In this document: positions 8,483 through 17,806 of the stretch, one piece after another
Layout of the letters: every line of letters starts with the position of its first letter
Position numbering within the stretch: the first letter of the stretch is position 1
From: a virus
Lineage: Duplodnaviria > Caudoviricetes
Length of the DNA: 48,151 bases
IMG/VR virus record: IMGVR_UViG_3300012232_000019
Span: 1 to 48,151 of that record
Direction: 5' to 3' (one strand)
Program-made: the position numbers and the translations under genes
The notes under the pieces: generated by a model
The model's database searches: none
What the model was told of the DNA's origin: nothing
What the model saw: the letters and a program-made list of their open reading frames with translations, nothing else

Positions 8483-9207
8483 CGCTGAAAGATGAACTTC
8501 AACGACAGTGGGACCGTCAAGGCGGGCCACAACAGGGAGGACAGCCCAAAATGAAGGTATACGTTGCCGGGTCATACCAGTTCCGCCAAGACATCGACCG
8601 TCTGGTGGACAAGATTCAACAGAAGGTTCCCTTCGAGTGCACGAGCACTTGGATTCGTCAGGGCGAAGAAGATGACTTGCTGAAAGAGAAGGGGCATCAG
8701 CACTTCATCGACCTCGACAGGCAGGATATCGCGCGCGCCGACGTGTTCCTGCTCATCAACACCTACCAACTGTCCAAGCACTCGACAGGGAAATGGGTTG
8801 AGCTCGGCATGGCGATGGAGCTGGGACTTCAGATTGTCATCTGGGGCACCCTGCAGGATTCGCTGTTCATTCACGGGACCGACACCATCGTCGTCGATGG
8901 TTCTGATGAGGAAGCTCTCATCGCGGCCCTCGACATCATCCACAAAGTCACAAGGAAAGCGGAACAGGACGTTTACGATGCGTATCGAACAGTCGGCGGA
9001 GCACAGAGTGGAGTCGTTGGAATCGGAACTACGCCAGGCCTCCCTGAAGATAGAGGTGAAGACCGCGGTCTTGGAGTTCGCCACCGAGAAGGCAGCGCAC
9101 TACATGACCTTGACCGAGCGTTTGCGAGTCGAACTCAGGGACTTGGCGCAGGTCAAATCCGAGCTGGAGAGGCGACTCCGCCTCATGGACCGTCAGTAGT
9201 CAAATGA
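8479..9207 (+). CDS. nucleoside 2-deoxyribosyltransferase / nucleotide N-hydrolase-like protein
   Basis: KVYVAG...DRQDIARADVFLL...STGKWVELGMA is the NDT-family pattern. The last ~75 aa overlap another gene. Confidence 0.7.
   Translation: MTLKDELQRQWDRQGGPQQGGQPKMKVYVAGSYQFRQDIDRLVDKIQQKVPFECTSTWIRQGEEDDLLKEKGHQHFIDLDRQDIARADVFLLINTYQLSKHSTGKWVELGMAMELGLQIVIWGTLQDSLFIHGTDTIVVDGSDEEALIAALDIIHKVTRKAEQDVYDAYRTVGGAQSGVVGIGTTPGLPEDRGEDRGLGVRHREGSALHDLDRAFASRTQGLGAGQIRAGEATPPHGPSVVK
8978..9199 (+). CDS. coiled-coil protein (73 aa) nested in the 3' end of the previous ORF
   Basis: AGGA upstream of ATG 8978; heptad-like MRIEQSAEHRVESLESELRQ... Confidence 0.55.
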   Translation: MRIEQSAEHRVESLESELRQASLKIEVKTAVLEFATEKAAHYMTLTERLRVELRDLAQVKSELERRLRLMDRQ

Positions 9208-11726
9208 GTAACTACGTCCCAGGCGAGGGGCGTGGTGAAAATGGACTCGTGCTTGTCGGTGAGGCTCCGGGAGCGCACGAAGACAGAATAGGTCGGCCCT
9301 TCGTAGGACCATCCGGCGACCTATTGGACGAGTTCCTCGCGGAGGCTGGTATTCATCGTTCGGAAGTCTACATCACGAACGTCGTGAAATACCAGCCTCC
9401 GATGAACGACATCAAGAAGATAGGCATGATGGGCCTCGACCTTGACCAATGCATCAAGGAGCTATGGGTCGAGATAGAGGCTATCAAGCCTAACTGCATT
9501 CTCGCATTAGGCAACACAGCGCTGAAGGCGGTTGCAGGCAAGGACGGAATACAGAAGTGGCGTGGTTCTGTAATCCTCGGTAAGGACGCTAAGACCAAGG
9601 TCATCGGCACCATCCATCCCGCGGCTCTCCTGCACGGAGAAGGCGAAGGGTCGGGCGGAGCTATGAACTTTTCTGCCCGCGTCTACATCCAGCACGATTT
9701 CAAGCGGGCCGTATCGCACAGTAGGTATCCTGATTACCGGCCCCCGAGGCGACGACTGGAGATCATCCGGTCAGCCGTCGCTCTGGCTAGATTCTTCGAG
9801 TTCTACCGAGGACACTCTACCCTCTCGGTCGACATCGAGGTAATCAGGGCGATACCTGTCTGTATTGGTCTATCGTTCCACCCGAACCATGGCATCTCTG
9901 TTCCGCTGCTGGACGTGTTCTCTCTGCAGAATAAGACAGGTATCGTCCAGCATGAACTAGCACAGATGTGGCGCATCCTGCTGGGTGCTCTGGCACGGAA
10001 GGACTTGAAGATCATAGGCCAGAACTTCAAGTTCGACCACGACAAGCTAGAACGGCCTTGCGGATTCGTTATCGGTAACGTGCGCGCTGACCTGATGCTC
10101 ATGATGCATACCCTGTATCCTGAGCTTCCGAAAGCACTGGGGTTCAGCACGTCCATCTACACCGAAGAACCATACTACAAGGACGAGGGTAAGGACTTTA
10201 ACTTCGCCAAGCAGAAGATTGATGACCTTCTTATCTACAATGCGCGAGATGCTGCGGTTACTTTGGAGGCAGCGAAAGCCTGTCTTGCGGAAGCGCGCAC
10301 TGTCGAAGTCCCCGGATTTCCGGACTGGTTCAACAACTTCTACTTTGGTTTTGTTAATCGTCTACATCATTTCTACAAGGACATGGAGAGAGTCGGTCTT
10401 CCAATCAATAAAGAGAAGCGAGCGACTCTCGTCAAGGAATACCAGGGAAAGGTCGATGCTGCAGAGAAGCGGATGGAGGAGCTTGCCGGATTCAAGCTCA
10501 ACGTCAACAGTCCAAAGCAAGTCGCTATCTTCCTCTATAAGGAGCTACGATTCCCTGAACGAGGGGAATGGATGATCGGTAAGAATGGCAACAGATACTT
10601 TAAGTATGCCACGGATGAGGAAACGATTATCGCCCTTGCAGCGAATCACGCCAAGAAGGACGTTAGGAAACGTTCATCCTGCGAACAAATCCTGTATACC
10701 CGTCGACTCAAGAAGGCCCTTGGGACCTACTTCCTGGCTGTGCCAGACTTCGACGGACGCATGAGAACGTCGGTCCGCATTGCAGGTGCAGAGACAGGCC
10801 GCACCAGCAACTCCCTCCTGAAGTCTCCCGTTAGACCCACCATCAGTGTCAAGATAGGCAAGAAGACCAAGAAGAAGTCTATCGGGCTAGCCTTCCAGAC
10901 GTTAACGAAGTATGGAGACGGAGCCGAAGTCCGTGAAATCTTTGAAGCAAACGAAGACGAAGAGTTCATCGAAATCGACCAGTCTCAAGCCGAAGCGAGA
11001 GTTGTTGCTCTCCTTGGACGAGACGTCGAGACTCTTAACATGTTTGGCCGAGTGGATATTCACAAGCTTACGGCATCGTGGATATTCGGCATCCCGCCTG
11101 ACAAAATTAGCAAGGAGCTACGGTTTATCGGCAAAACTACGCGCCACGCTGGCAACTATGGCATGCGCAAGCGGAGGCTCATGTTCCTTGTCAACACGGA
11201 TGCGAAGCGGTATGGCATTGACATTGAGATTTCAGAGTGGCGTGCCGGTGAAATACTCGACGCGTTCCACCAGCACAACCCGAGCATCCGGGACGTCTTC
11301 CACGTCGAAGTCGAGCAGGCGCTCCTCAACAACATGATGACCCTCGTCAATCCATTCGGGCGGCGTCGACAGTTTCTGTCCAGATGGAATGACGAACTTC
11401 TCAGGGAAGGATTCGCCCAGATACCACAGTCCACCGTCGCTGACCAGACCAAGAAGGCGGGATTGGAGATTGTCGATACGTTACCAGAGGCGAAGAAGTG
11501 GATCTGTTTGGAGGCACACGATGCTTTGGTAGCTATCGTCCCCAAAGTCCGACGTCACGACTATCTGAAGGTAGCCATTCCGGCCTTTGAGCGGGCTATC
11601 GATTTCACTTTCTGCACCCTCTCGCGTGACAAGCTCGTGATTCCATGCGAGGTAAAGGTAGGCCAAAACTATGGACAGCTAAAGGAACTAGACACCGGAG
11701 GATACCGTGTTAAGTCCGTGGCTTGA
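9204..11726 (+). CDS. polA: family A DNA polymerase with N-terminal family-4 uracil-DNA-glycosylase-like domain and 3'-5' exonuclease
   Basis: UDG motifs VGEAPG..ED..GRPFVGPSG, YITNVVK, IHPA. Exonuclease motifs VDIE, GQNFKFD, YNARD. Polymerase motifs A DQSQAEAR, B RFIGKTTRHAGNYG, C AHDAL. Confidence 0.92.
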   Translation: MSNYVPGEGRGENGLVLVGEAPGAHEDRIGRPFVGPSGDLLDEFLAEAGIHRSEVYITNVVKYQPPMNDIKKIGMMGLDLDQCIKELWVEIEAIKPNCILALGNTALKAVAGKDGIQKWRGSVILGKDAKTKVIGTIHPAALLHGEGEGSGGAMNFSARVYIQHDFKRAVSHSRYPDYRPPRRRLEIIRSAVALARFFEFYRGHSTLSVDIEVIRAIPVCIGLSFHPNHGISVPLLDVFSLQNKTGIVQHELAQMWRILLGALARKDLKIIGQNFKFDHDKLERPCGFVIGNVRADLMLMMHTLYPELPKALGFSTSIYTEEPYYKDEGKDFNFAKQKIDDLLIYNARDAAVTLEAAKACLAEARTVEVPGFPDWFNNFYFGFVNRLHHFYKDMERVGLPINKEKRATLVKEYQGKVDAAEKRMEELAGFKLNVNSPKQVAIFLYKELRFPERGEWMIGKNGNRYFKYATDEETIIALAANHAKKDVRKRSSCEQILYTRRLKKALGTYFLAVPDFDGRMRTSVRIAGAETGRTSNSLLKSPVRPTISVKIGKKTKKKSIGLAFQTLTKYGDGAEVREIFEANEDEEFIEIDQSQAEARVVALLGRDVETLNMFGRVDIHKLTASWIFGIPPDKISKELRFIGKTTRHAGNYGMRKRRLMFLVNTDAKRYGIDIEISEWRAGEILDAFHQHNPSIRDVFHVEVEQALLNNMMTLVNPFGRRRQFLSRWNDELLREGFAQIPQSTVADQTKKAGLEIVDTLPEAKKWICLEAHDALVAIVPKVRRHDYLKVAIPAFERAIDFTFCTLSRDKLVIPCEVKVGQNYGQLKELDTGGYRVKSVA

Positions 11727-12888
11727 AAAAGTCCTGGACTACTCTAAGGAGTCTGAGTCACCCAAACAATACTTCTACTGGGCAGGTTTGGCGGCGCTCT
11801 CTGGAGTCGTCCGGAATAAAGTGTTCCTTGACAAGTTCTACTACAAGCTCTATCCGAATCTCTACATCCTCCTCATCGGAAAGTCGGGGATACGTAAAGG
11901 GATTCCGGTGGCGCTCGCAAAGGAGCTTGTCAACAGTGCGAAGATAACGAGGGTAATCTCGGGTCGTGCGTCCATTCAGAAAATCATCAGCGAGCTGGCG
12001 ACGGCTCACTCGATTCCTGGGGGCGCGCCGCTGTTGGATTCAGTAGGATATTTCAGCAGTTCCGAGTTCGCATCGTTCATCATACAAGACCAGCAGGCTC
12101 TAACCATCCTGACAGACTTGTATGACGGGCACTACCACCCCGATGGCTGGTCGAACATGACCAAGGTCAGTGGTAACGAAAAGCTGAAGAACGTGTGCTT
12201 GACGATGTTCGGCGCGAGTAACGAGGTCCACTTCAAGGAGGCAGTGCCAGACAATGCACTTGGCGGTGGTTTCGTAGCGCGCACGGTAATCGTCTACGCT
12301 GACAAGAAGAACGGAGTCAATTCACTCACGAGGCGGCCAATAGGCTCACTGGACATAACACTTCTCACAGACCACATCCAGAAAGTCAAGGAGGTGGAGG
12401 GTGAGTTCACTTGGTCAGACGAGGGCCGAGACCTTTACGATGCGTGGTATAACGATTTCAACTCGCGCGCGTCTGATGACGATACAGGGACTCTGGAGCG
12501 AATCCATGATACCGTCCTCAAGATAGCGATGCTGATTTCGTTGAGCCGGAAGCTCGATCTAGTCTTGGAAAAGGAGGACATCGAAGAAGCGTTGGACCAA
12601 GCTCGGAAGACGGTTCCGGGTCTCAGACGTGTAGTGATGGGAGCGGGTAAGAATCCACTCGGCCCTCAGACAGCGATGATTCTCAAGGAGTTGTTGACAC
12701 GACCTCCCTCCTATTCTGCGTCGAAGTCGGAGATACTGTCCAAGTACTGGGGACACCTTGACAGTTACGACCTAGACCGAATCTCAGAGTCGTTACAACA
12801 ACAGAAAGCCATCAAGGTCACAGAGGGTGGCGGGGACACTTACTACATTCTCAGTCCGAAAGTTGTGGAAGCCTTTTTCAAGGGGTAG
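11707..12888 (+). CDS. DUF3987-like P-loop protein (putative replicative helicase/primase partner)
   Basis: YPNLYILLIGKSGIRKG, SEF, LYDG and GGGFVAR motifs; directly after the DNA polymerase. Confidence 0.65.
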   Translation: MLSPWLEKVLDYSKESESPKQYFYWAGLAALSGVVRNKVFLDKFYYKLYPNLYILLIGKSGIRKGIPVALAKELVNSAKITRVISGRASIQKIISELATAHSIPGGAPLLDSVGYFSSSEFASFIIQDQQALTILTDLYDGHYHPDGWSNMTKVSGNEKLKNVCLTMFGASNEVHFKEAVPDNALGGGFVARTVIVYADKKNGVNSLTRRPIGSLDITLLTDHIQKVKEVEGEFTWSDEGRDLYDAWYNDFNSRASDDDTGTLERIHDTVLKIAMLISLSRKLDLVLEKEDIEEALDQARKTVPGLRRVVMGAGKNPLGPQTAMILKELLTRPPSYSASKSEILSKYWGHLDSYDLDRISESLQQQKAIKVTEGGGDTYYILSPKVVEAFFKG

Positions 12889-12892
12889 CAGT

Positions 12893-13120
12893 ATGGTCAC
12901 CAACGATGACATCAGAGAGCGGTTCATGCACCACCCTCCGTCCACCGAGCGTATCGTGGCAGCTCACGAGATGATTCGAGCGGAGTTTCTTGACATCGCT
13001 CTGAAGGCTCAGGAGTTCCTCCCCGAGTGCCGTGAGAAAGCACTGGTCCTCACGAAACTCGAGGAGGCGATGTTCTGGGCGAACGCAGCTGTCGCTCGAA
13101 CGCAATCGGTCCAGATTTAG
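12893..13120 (+). CDS. Acb2/Tad1-like helical-hairpin protein (putative immune-signal sponge)
   Basis: F.HHPP....HE.IR....A....LPECREKALVLTKLEEAMFWANAAVAR pattern. Confidence 0.65.
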   Translation: MVTNDDIRERFMHHPPSTERIVAAHEMIRAEFLDIALKAQEFLPECREKALVLTKLEEAMFWANAAVARTQSVQI

Positions 13121-13139
13121 TAGGTCGAGGGGGGCGGCG

Positions 13140-16100
13140 TTACTGAGCTTCCGCCGCTTCCCTCGCAGCCCTCCGCTTTGCTCGACGACGCTCAAGAGAT
13201 TCTACTCGCTTCTCTTCCTTGGCCTCCGCACCGAATCCTACACCAGGTCGGAACCACCGCTTTCCTGGAGAATCCGTGATGAGCTTGAACGGGTTCGAGA
13301 GGGTGTTCTGAATCGTCTTCGTGATGCCCCAGTCTGGGATGGGTGAGATACCACCGAGTATCTCAGCATTCTTACGTCCACTCCCTACATATGCACCGAC
13401 CAAGAACGGAAGTGCGTATGGACCGGCAAAGGCCGATACCATAGCGAGAGTTTCCCTATCTTCGACCTTCGTTCCAGCCAGTGCTCCAAGTAGTGCTGCA
13501 GCAGCATACACTTCAGGGTGCTTCTTCCACCTCGTGAGACCCTGTGCGAGCTGATTGAAGGGCGTCGTGCGGAATGGCACCAGGAACTTCCCAGCTCGAC
13601 CCTGCAACGGCCACCATGCGGACACTGCGTTGGCACCAGTCAGCATGAGTTCCTTGGCCTCTTTCTCACTGAGACCAGCCCGCATGAGAGACTCGATTCC
13701 AGCATAGTCAAACGCACCCATCGCACGGCCAGGAAGATTGAACTTGTTGAATCCCTGAACCAGAGCTGGATTTGCGTGTGACTGCCATCCGACCTTGAGG
13801 TCTCGTTTGATGGCCTTCATGTTGGCAAGCACCTTGAGGGGCTTCAGTGTCCGACCCTCCAGTGCAGCGGCGAAATGCGCTCCTATGTTGCCTGCAAGAG
13901 ACTTCGGAAAAGCGAGGCCAGAGAGCATCGACGCCATGCGAACTGAGTTGGCTGCGTCAAACGACTTCTCGAAGCCTTCAACTAGGTCCTTCTTCGATGG
14001 GAGCCTGACGTTCAGGGCGCCAGTCTCAGAGCCACCTGCCTTCTTGAACCACTCCTGGAGAGCAGACTTGAGCGTGTCCGGCTTGATACCAGCAGCCTTT
14101 GCAGCCGAGCGAAGGCGGGCTGGGTCATTGGAGATGTCCTGCATCGTAGCGGTCCCGAGAGTCGTCAGCTCGTCCATGACCCGCTTGACACGAGCGTTCT
14201 TGCTCTTGGGCAGTGCTGGCGCAGGAAGGGCTGGTGCTGCAACAGCCGCTGCTGGTTCAGACTTTGGTTGAGGTGGTGCGAGGTCGACGAATTCCTCACC
14301 CTTCAATTCGGCCAATCTCCTGAACGACTCAGGATCAGCTGCCTGACGTCGGAGCGTATGTATCTCTGACATTGTTGGTCCACCGGGGCCGAACCTGTCG
14401 GTGAACTCGACGTCGTTAATCCAAACTCGATTGTTGCCCTTGATATCAGTAGCACTCCTGATGACTGGCTTTGCTTTGGGAGGCGGAATCGGAGCCACAG
14501 CAGAAGCCGGTGGTGCAGCAGCGACTGGAGGTGGAGCCGGGGGTGGAGTCGGGACCATCTCAGCAGGCTTGCCACCCCAGTGTGGGGCCTCCATGTCGAT
14601 AGTATCGAACCCCTCCGGGGCGTATTCGGGAAGTGCCTTCGCCTGCTGCAGCACCTTCAGACGATACTCGCTGGCGATGCGCTGCACGTCCTTGACGGAC
14701 ACGCCCATCTGCTTGGCAAGACCCTCGTAATCCGGTGGAATTGCACTACGCTCACCACGCATGATTTTGCGCGCCCGTCCGAAGGCGGAGAAGAGGTCAG
14801 CGTGAAGCTTGTCAGGGAAGATGGCCCTGACGGTATCGTGCGCTCCTCGGCCAATCCGCAGTGTCCGGTCAGGCGTTGGACCCTTGGGCTTTGCTGGACG
14901 GACAAGTGGAGCTGCTGGAGCCGGTTCAGGCATGACAGCTACACGAGATGCTGCATCCCTGACCGGAGCTACTGGAGCAGGCAAAGCCGCTGCTGGAGCC
15001 ATACGTGTAGCTGCAGGACCAGCATCGATGTTAGCAGGGCCAGGTAGGCCAGTCCCTCCAACATTCTGAGGTGACTCAATCGGAATGTCCATCGGACGCG
15101 CCGTGCCCATCTGTTCTGCTTGCATCTGAGCCGCAGTTGCAGCATGGTCTGCCATCTTCGGGCCGGGCGTTGCGTCGTCGATGGCCGAGACGAGTTCGTC
15201 CAAGTCACTATAGTCGGCTACGTCAATACCAACTTCATCGGCTTGGCGGAAGATGTCGTCCAGAAGCTCTGGATCTTTTTCGAGAGCCTTATACCACTCA
15301 GGATGGACAGGCTCGAACTGTGACAGAGCGTCAGGGATTATCGGTCGCCCGACGTCAGGCACGCTCTCAGGGATATTCGGCCCCTCGATGCCCCGCGCAG
15401 AGACGGGGTTAATCGTCGGCGGGAGTTGACCCTCAGCTACCACCGTTCGCCAGAAGTCGCTGGCTGGACGAGAGGTTCCAGGACCGTCCATCGTCGTGTT
15501 GGGGACCACCGGATCTTGAATCTGATGTGCAGCAAGGTCGATGGGCTCGCCGCCCGGTCCTTGACGCATCTGTTGCCAGATACTAGGATCCTGCTCGAAT
15601 GGCATCCCTGCAGAAGGCCCACGAGGGTTGACCGGAGGCTGCAGTGGCAAATCTGCCGGAGGTGCGACATCGCCCAGTCCAGCAATCTCGATTCCACCAG
15701 CAGGCCCAGCACCAGCAGGCCCGTTAGGTCCAATATACGGGTCCGTCAGGTCTTGGATTCCACCTGAGAACTGTGCTCCTGGTGGCCTTGGTGAGGCTTG
15801 TGCAGCCTGCTGTGAAAGAACATCAGCACGTGGCGTAATCTCGGCTTGTCGACCGGGTGACAGAGGACCATATAGGTCTTCAACACCTTCAGCACCACCA
15901 TAGAACCGCGCCCCAGGTGTAACAGGTGGAGCCTCAGGACCGGGGCCGAGGAGACGCCTTGGATTGGTGATGACTCCCGGCTTGGGAGCGAATGGGTCGG
16001 TCATAGGCTTTGGACCACCACCGAAGGCATCCAAGTCGCTCTTGCCACCCCACATGCCGAACGCACCGAGACCCATCTGAAGTGCTGCGTTGCCGTAGTC

Positions 16101-16667
16101 TCCCCACGTCGAGTCGTCGCGAGTCATGGCATCGGCCATGTTGACGCCACCAGCGCCTAGGCCGATACCACCCTGTGCCATCTGGCCAAGACCACCGACC
16201 TTGCCGAGTGTTTGCAGACCACCCTTGGCCATACCACCGAGGCCCGAGAGACCAGCATAGCCACCGAGAGTCGCTGCGTTCAGGGCGAGGTTGACGTCAC
16301 TCGTTTGGTCGTCAAGCATACTTCCAGCGAATTCGCCCATTCCTTGCGGGATGGGAATGCTGAAGTTGCCCAACGGCGACGGGATAGAGATGGGTCGACC
16401 ACCGGAAGCCTTGTAGCCTTCCTTGATTTGGTCACCCATGAAGGTGGAGTGGGGCTTGTTCCGCTCGGTCCACCAGTCCTCTACTTCGTCGGGTATGAAG
16501 CTCTTAGCCCAGCCTCGTATACCACCGTTCTCGATTCGGTATTTCTCACGAGCACGGTAGGAGTCGATTTCGTAATCCGTGGGGTCGCGTTCCTGCTCCC
16601 ACGGCATGACTCCCGTCTCGCCGGTCTCGTAGTCTTCCCATCGCCAGTTCGAACCTGGAGGCGGCAT
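13140..16667 (-). CDS. large putative internal virion / DNA ejection protein (1175 aa)
   Basis: Last and largest gene of the structural arm; Gly-rich N-terminal part, Pro/Ala-rich middle, helical C-terminus. Confidence 0.55.
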   Translation of the reverse strand: MPPPGSNWRWEDYETGETGVMPWEQERDPTDYEIDSYRAREKYRIENGGIRGWAKSFIPDEVEDWWTERNKPHSTFMGDQIKEGYKASGGRPISIPSPLGNFSIPIPQGMGEFAGSMLDDQTSDVNLALNAATLGGYAGLSGLGGMAKGGLQTLGKVGGLGQMAQGGIGLGAGGVNMADAMTRDDSTWGDYGNAALQMGLGAFGMWGGKSDLDAFGGGPKPMTDPFAPKPGVITNPRRLLGPGPEAPPVTPGARFYGGAEGVEDLYGPLSPGRQAEITPRADVLSQQAAQASPRPPGAQFSGGIQDLTDPYIGPNGPAGAGPAGGIEIAGLGDVAPPADLPLQPPVNPRGPSAGMPFEQDPSIWQQMRQGPGGEPIDLAAHQIQDPVVPNTTMDGPGTSRPASDFWRTVVAEGQLPPTINPVSARGIEGPNIPESVPDVGRPIIPDALSQFEPVHPEWYKALEKDPELLDDIFRQADEVGIDVADYSDLDELVSAIDDATPGPKMADHAATAAQMQAEQMGTARPMDIPIESPQNVGGTGLPGPANIDAGPAATRMAPAAALPAPVAPVRDAASRVAVMPEPAPAAPLVRPAKPKGPTPDRTLRIGRGAHDTVRAIFPDKLHADLFSAFGRARKIMRGERSAIPPDYEGLAKQMGVSVKDVQRIASEYRLKVLQQAKALPEYAPEGFDTIDMEAPHWGGKPAEMVPTPPPAPPPVAAAPPASAVAPIPPPKAKPVIRSATDIKGNNRVWINDVEFTDRFGPGGPTMSEIHTLRRQAADPESFRRLAELKGEEFVDLAPPQPKSEPAAAVAAPALPAPALPKSKNARVKRVMDELTTLGTATMQDISNDPARLRSAAKAAGIKPDTLKSALQEWFKKAGGSETGALNVRLPSKKDLVEGFEKSFDAANSVRMASMLSGLAFPKSLAGNIGAHFAAALEGRTLKPLKVLANMKAIKRDLKVGWQSHANPALVQGFNKFNLPGRAMGAFDYAGIESLMRAGLSEKEAKELMLTGANAVSAWWPLQGRAGKFLVPFRTTPFNQLAQGLTRWKKHPEVYAAAALLGALAGTKVEDRETLAMVSAFAGPYALPFLVGAYVGSGRKNAEILGGISPIPDWGITKTIQNTLSNPFKLITDSPGKRWFRPGVGFGAEAKEEKRVESLERRRAKRRAAREAAEAQ

Positions 16668-16669
16668 GA

Positions 16670-17806
16670 CTACTCCCTCCCTCCACCGTATCGACCTGTG
16701 CCGCCTCTACGGTTGTTCTGTGACGGCCCGAAGTTCGGGAGGCTTGGCGGATTCGGGTTGTAGGTGCCTCCGAAGTTCATCGGTCCACCTCCGCCACCAC
16801 TGAGACGCCCTTGAGTTCGAGCGCTGACTCGCTTCTCGACTTCAGCCTGAATCGTCGCGCGAGTGTTCGGGTCTACGCCGCGACCGATCTGCCACTGGTC
16901 AGCGTCGGCGTCGTATTCGATGGTGTGCGGTGGATAGTCCTTTGCCATCGAACCGAGGGCATCCTTCTCGGCCCTGTAGACATCACTAGCAGACACGGTG
17001 TCAGTCTTGTTCAGACCCATGTTGTCGAAGAAGGTCTGGTCCGCCCGACGCCCGATGAGCGAGTCGGTATCGCGGCGATTGGTTTCCGCGTTGTAGCGTC
17101 CGAGGCCAAGCTGTCCGCCTCGGTATTGATTGAGCGAGTTGGCTTTGAAGACGTCGAGCTTGTAGTCTCGATCGCCACTCGTCTTGTCGTAGCCGAACTT
17201 GTCCTCGTTCAGCTTGAGCTGGCCTTGGTCGACCTTTAGCTTGCCCGTCGCAATCAGGTAGTCTTGGTCATCTTTGTTCAGATTGCGAACATAGTCCATG
17301 TAGTCTTGTCTGGACTTCTGAGCGTCGATGACAGCCTTATAGCGGTCCTGCTGACTCTCTCGCTCGATGCCGGCCGCTTCCTTGAGAGGCCCTGCCTGAG
17401 CATAGTAGTTTTTCAGGGCATTGTCATACTTCGACCTGTTCATGCCCATTGCAGTCTCGACACCTTTGGCTGGGTCGCGATACCCAACCGAGGCACCAGC
17501 AAGGCCGGATGCTATACGCTCCAGCCAATTCGGTTTGTAGTCCGCCGCTTGAGGCGACGTCTTCAGGTAGCTCCTGTATTCGTCCAGTGCAGGAGTCCTC
17601 CCGTAGGCCCCACGGAGACTATCCATGAAGCCTGACATCGGGTCCCGACGAGGCTCTGCCTGACTAGCTTGCTGCCGCCAGCTGTCCAGCGAACCTCCAC
17701 CGTAGTCGTCCTGAGCACCGAAGTTGATGGAGCCGAAGCCTTCCTCCTCTACCCTGCTACGACGCTGGGGAAAGAAGGAGTCCTGTTCATAGTATTGTCC
17801 AGGCAT
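16670..17806 (-). CDS. putative internal virion protein
   Basis: Position among the ejection-type genes; Gly/Gln-rich helical protein coupled to its neighbours. Confidence 0.55.
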   Translation of the reverse strand: MPGQYYEQDSFFPQRRSRVEEEGFGSINFGAQDDYGGGSLDSWRQQASQAEPRRDPMSGFMDSLRGAYGRTPALDEYRSYLKTSPQAADYKPNWLERIASGLAGASVGYRDPAKGVETAMGMNRSKYDNALKNYYAQAGPLKEAAGIERESQQDRYKAVIDAQKSRQDYMDYVRNLNKDDQDYLIATGKLKVDQGQLKLNEDKFGYDKTSGDRDYKLDVFKANSLNQYRGGQLGLGRYNAETNRRDTDSLIGRRADQTFFDNMGLNKTDTVSASDVYRAEKDALGSMAKDYPPHTIEYDADADQWQIGRGVDPNTRATIQAEVEKRVSARTQGRLSGGGGGPMNFGGTYNPNPPSLPNFGPSQNNRRGGTGRYGGGRE

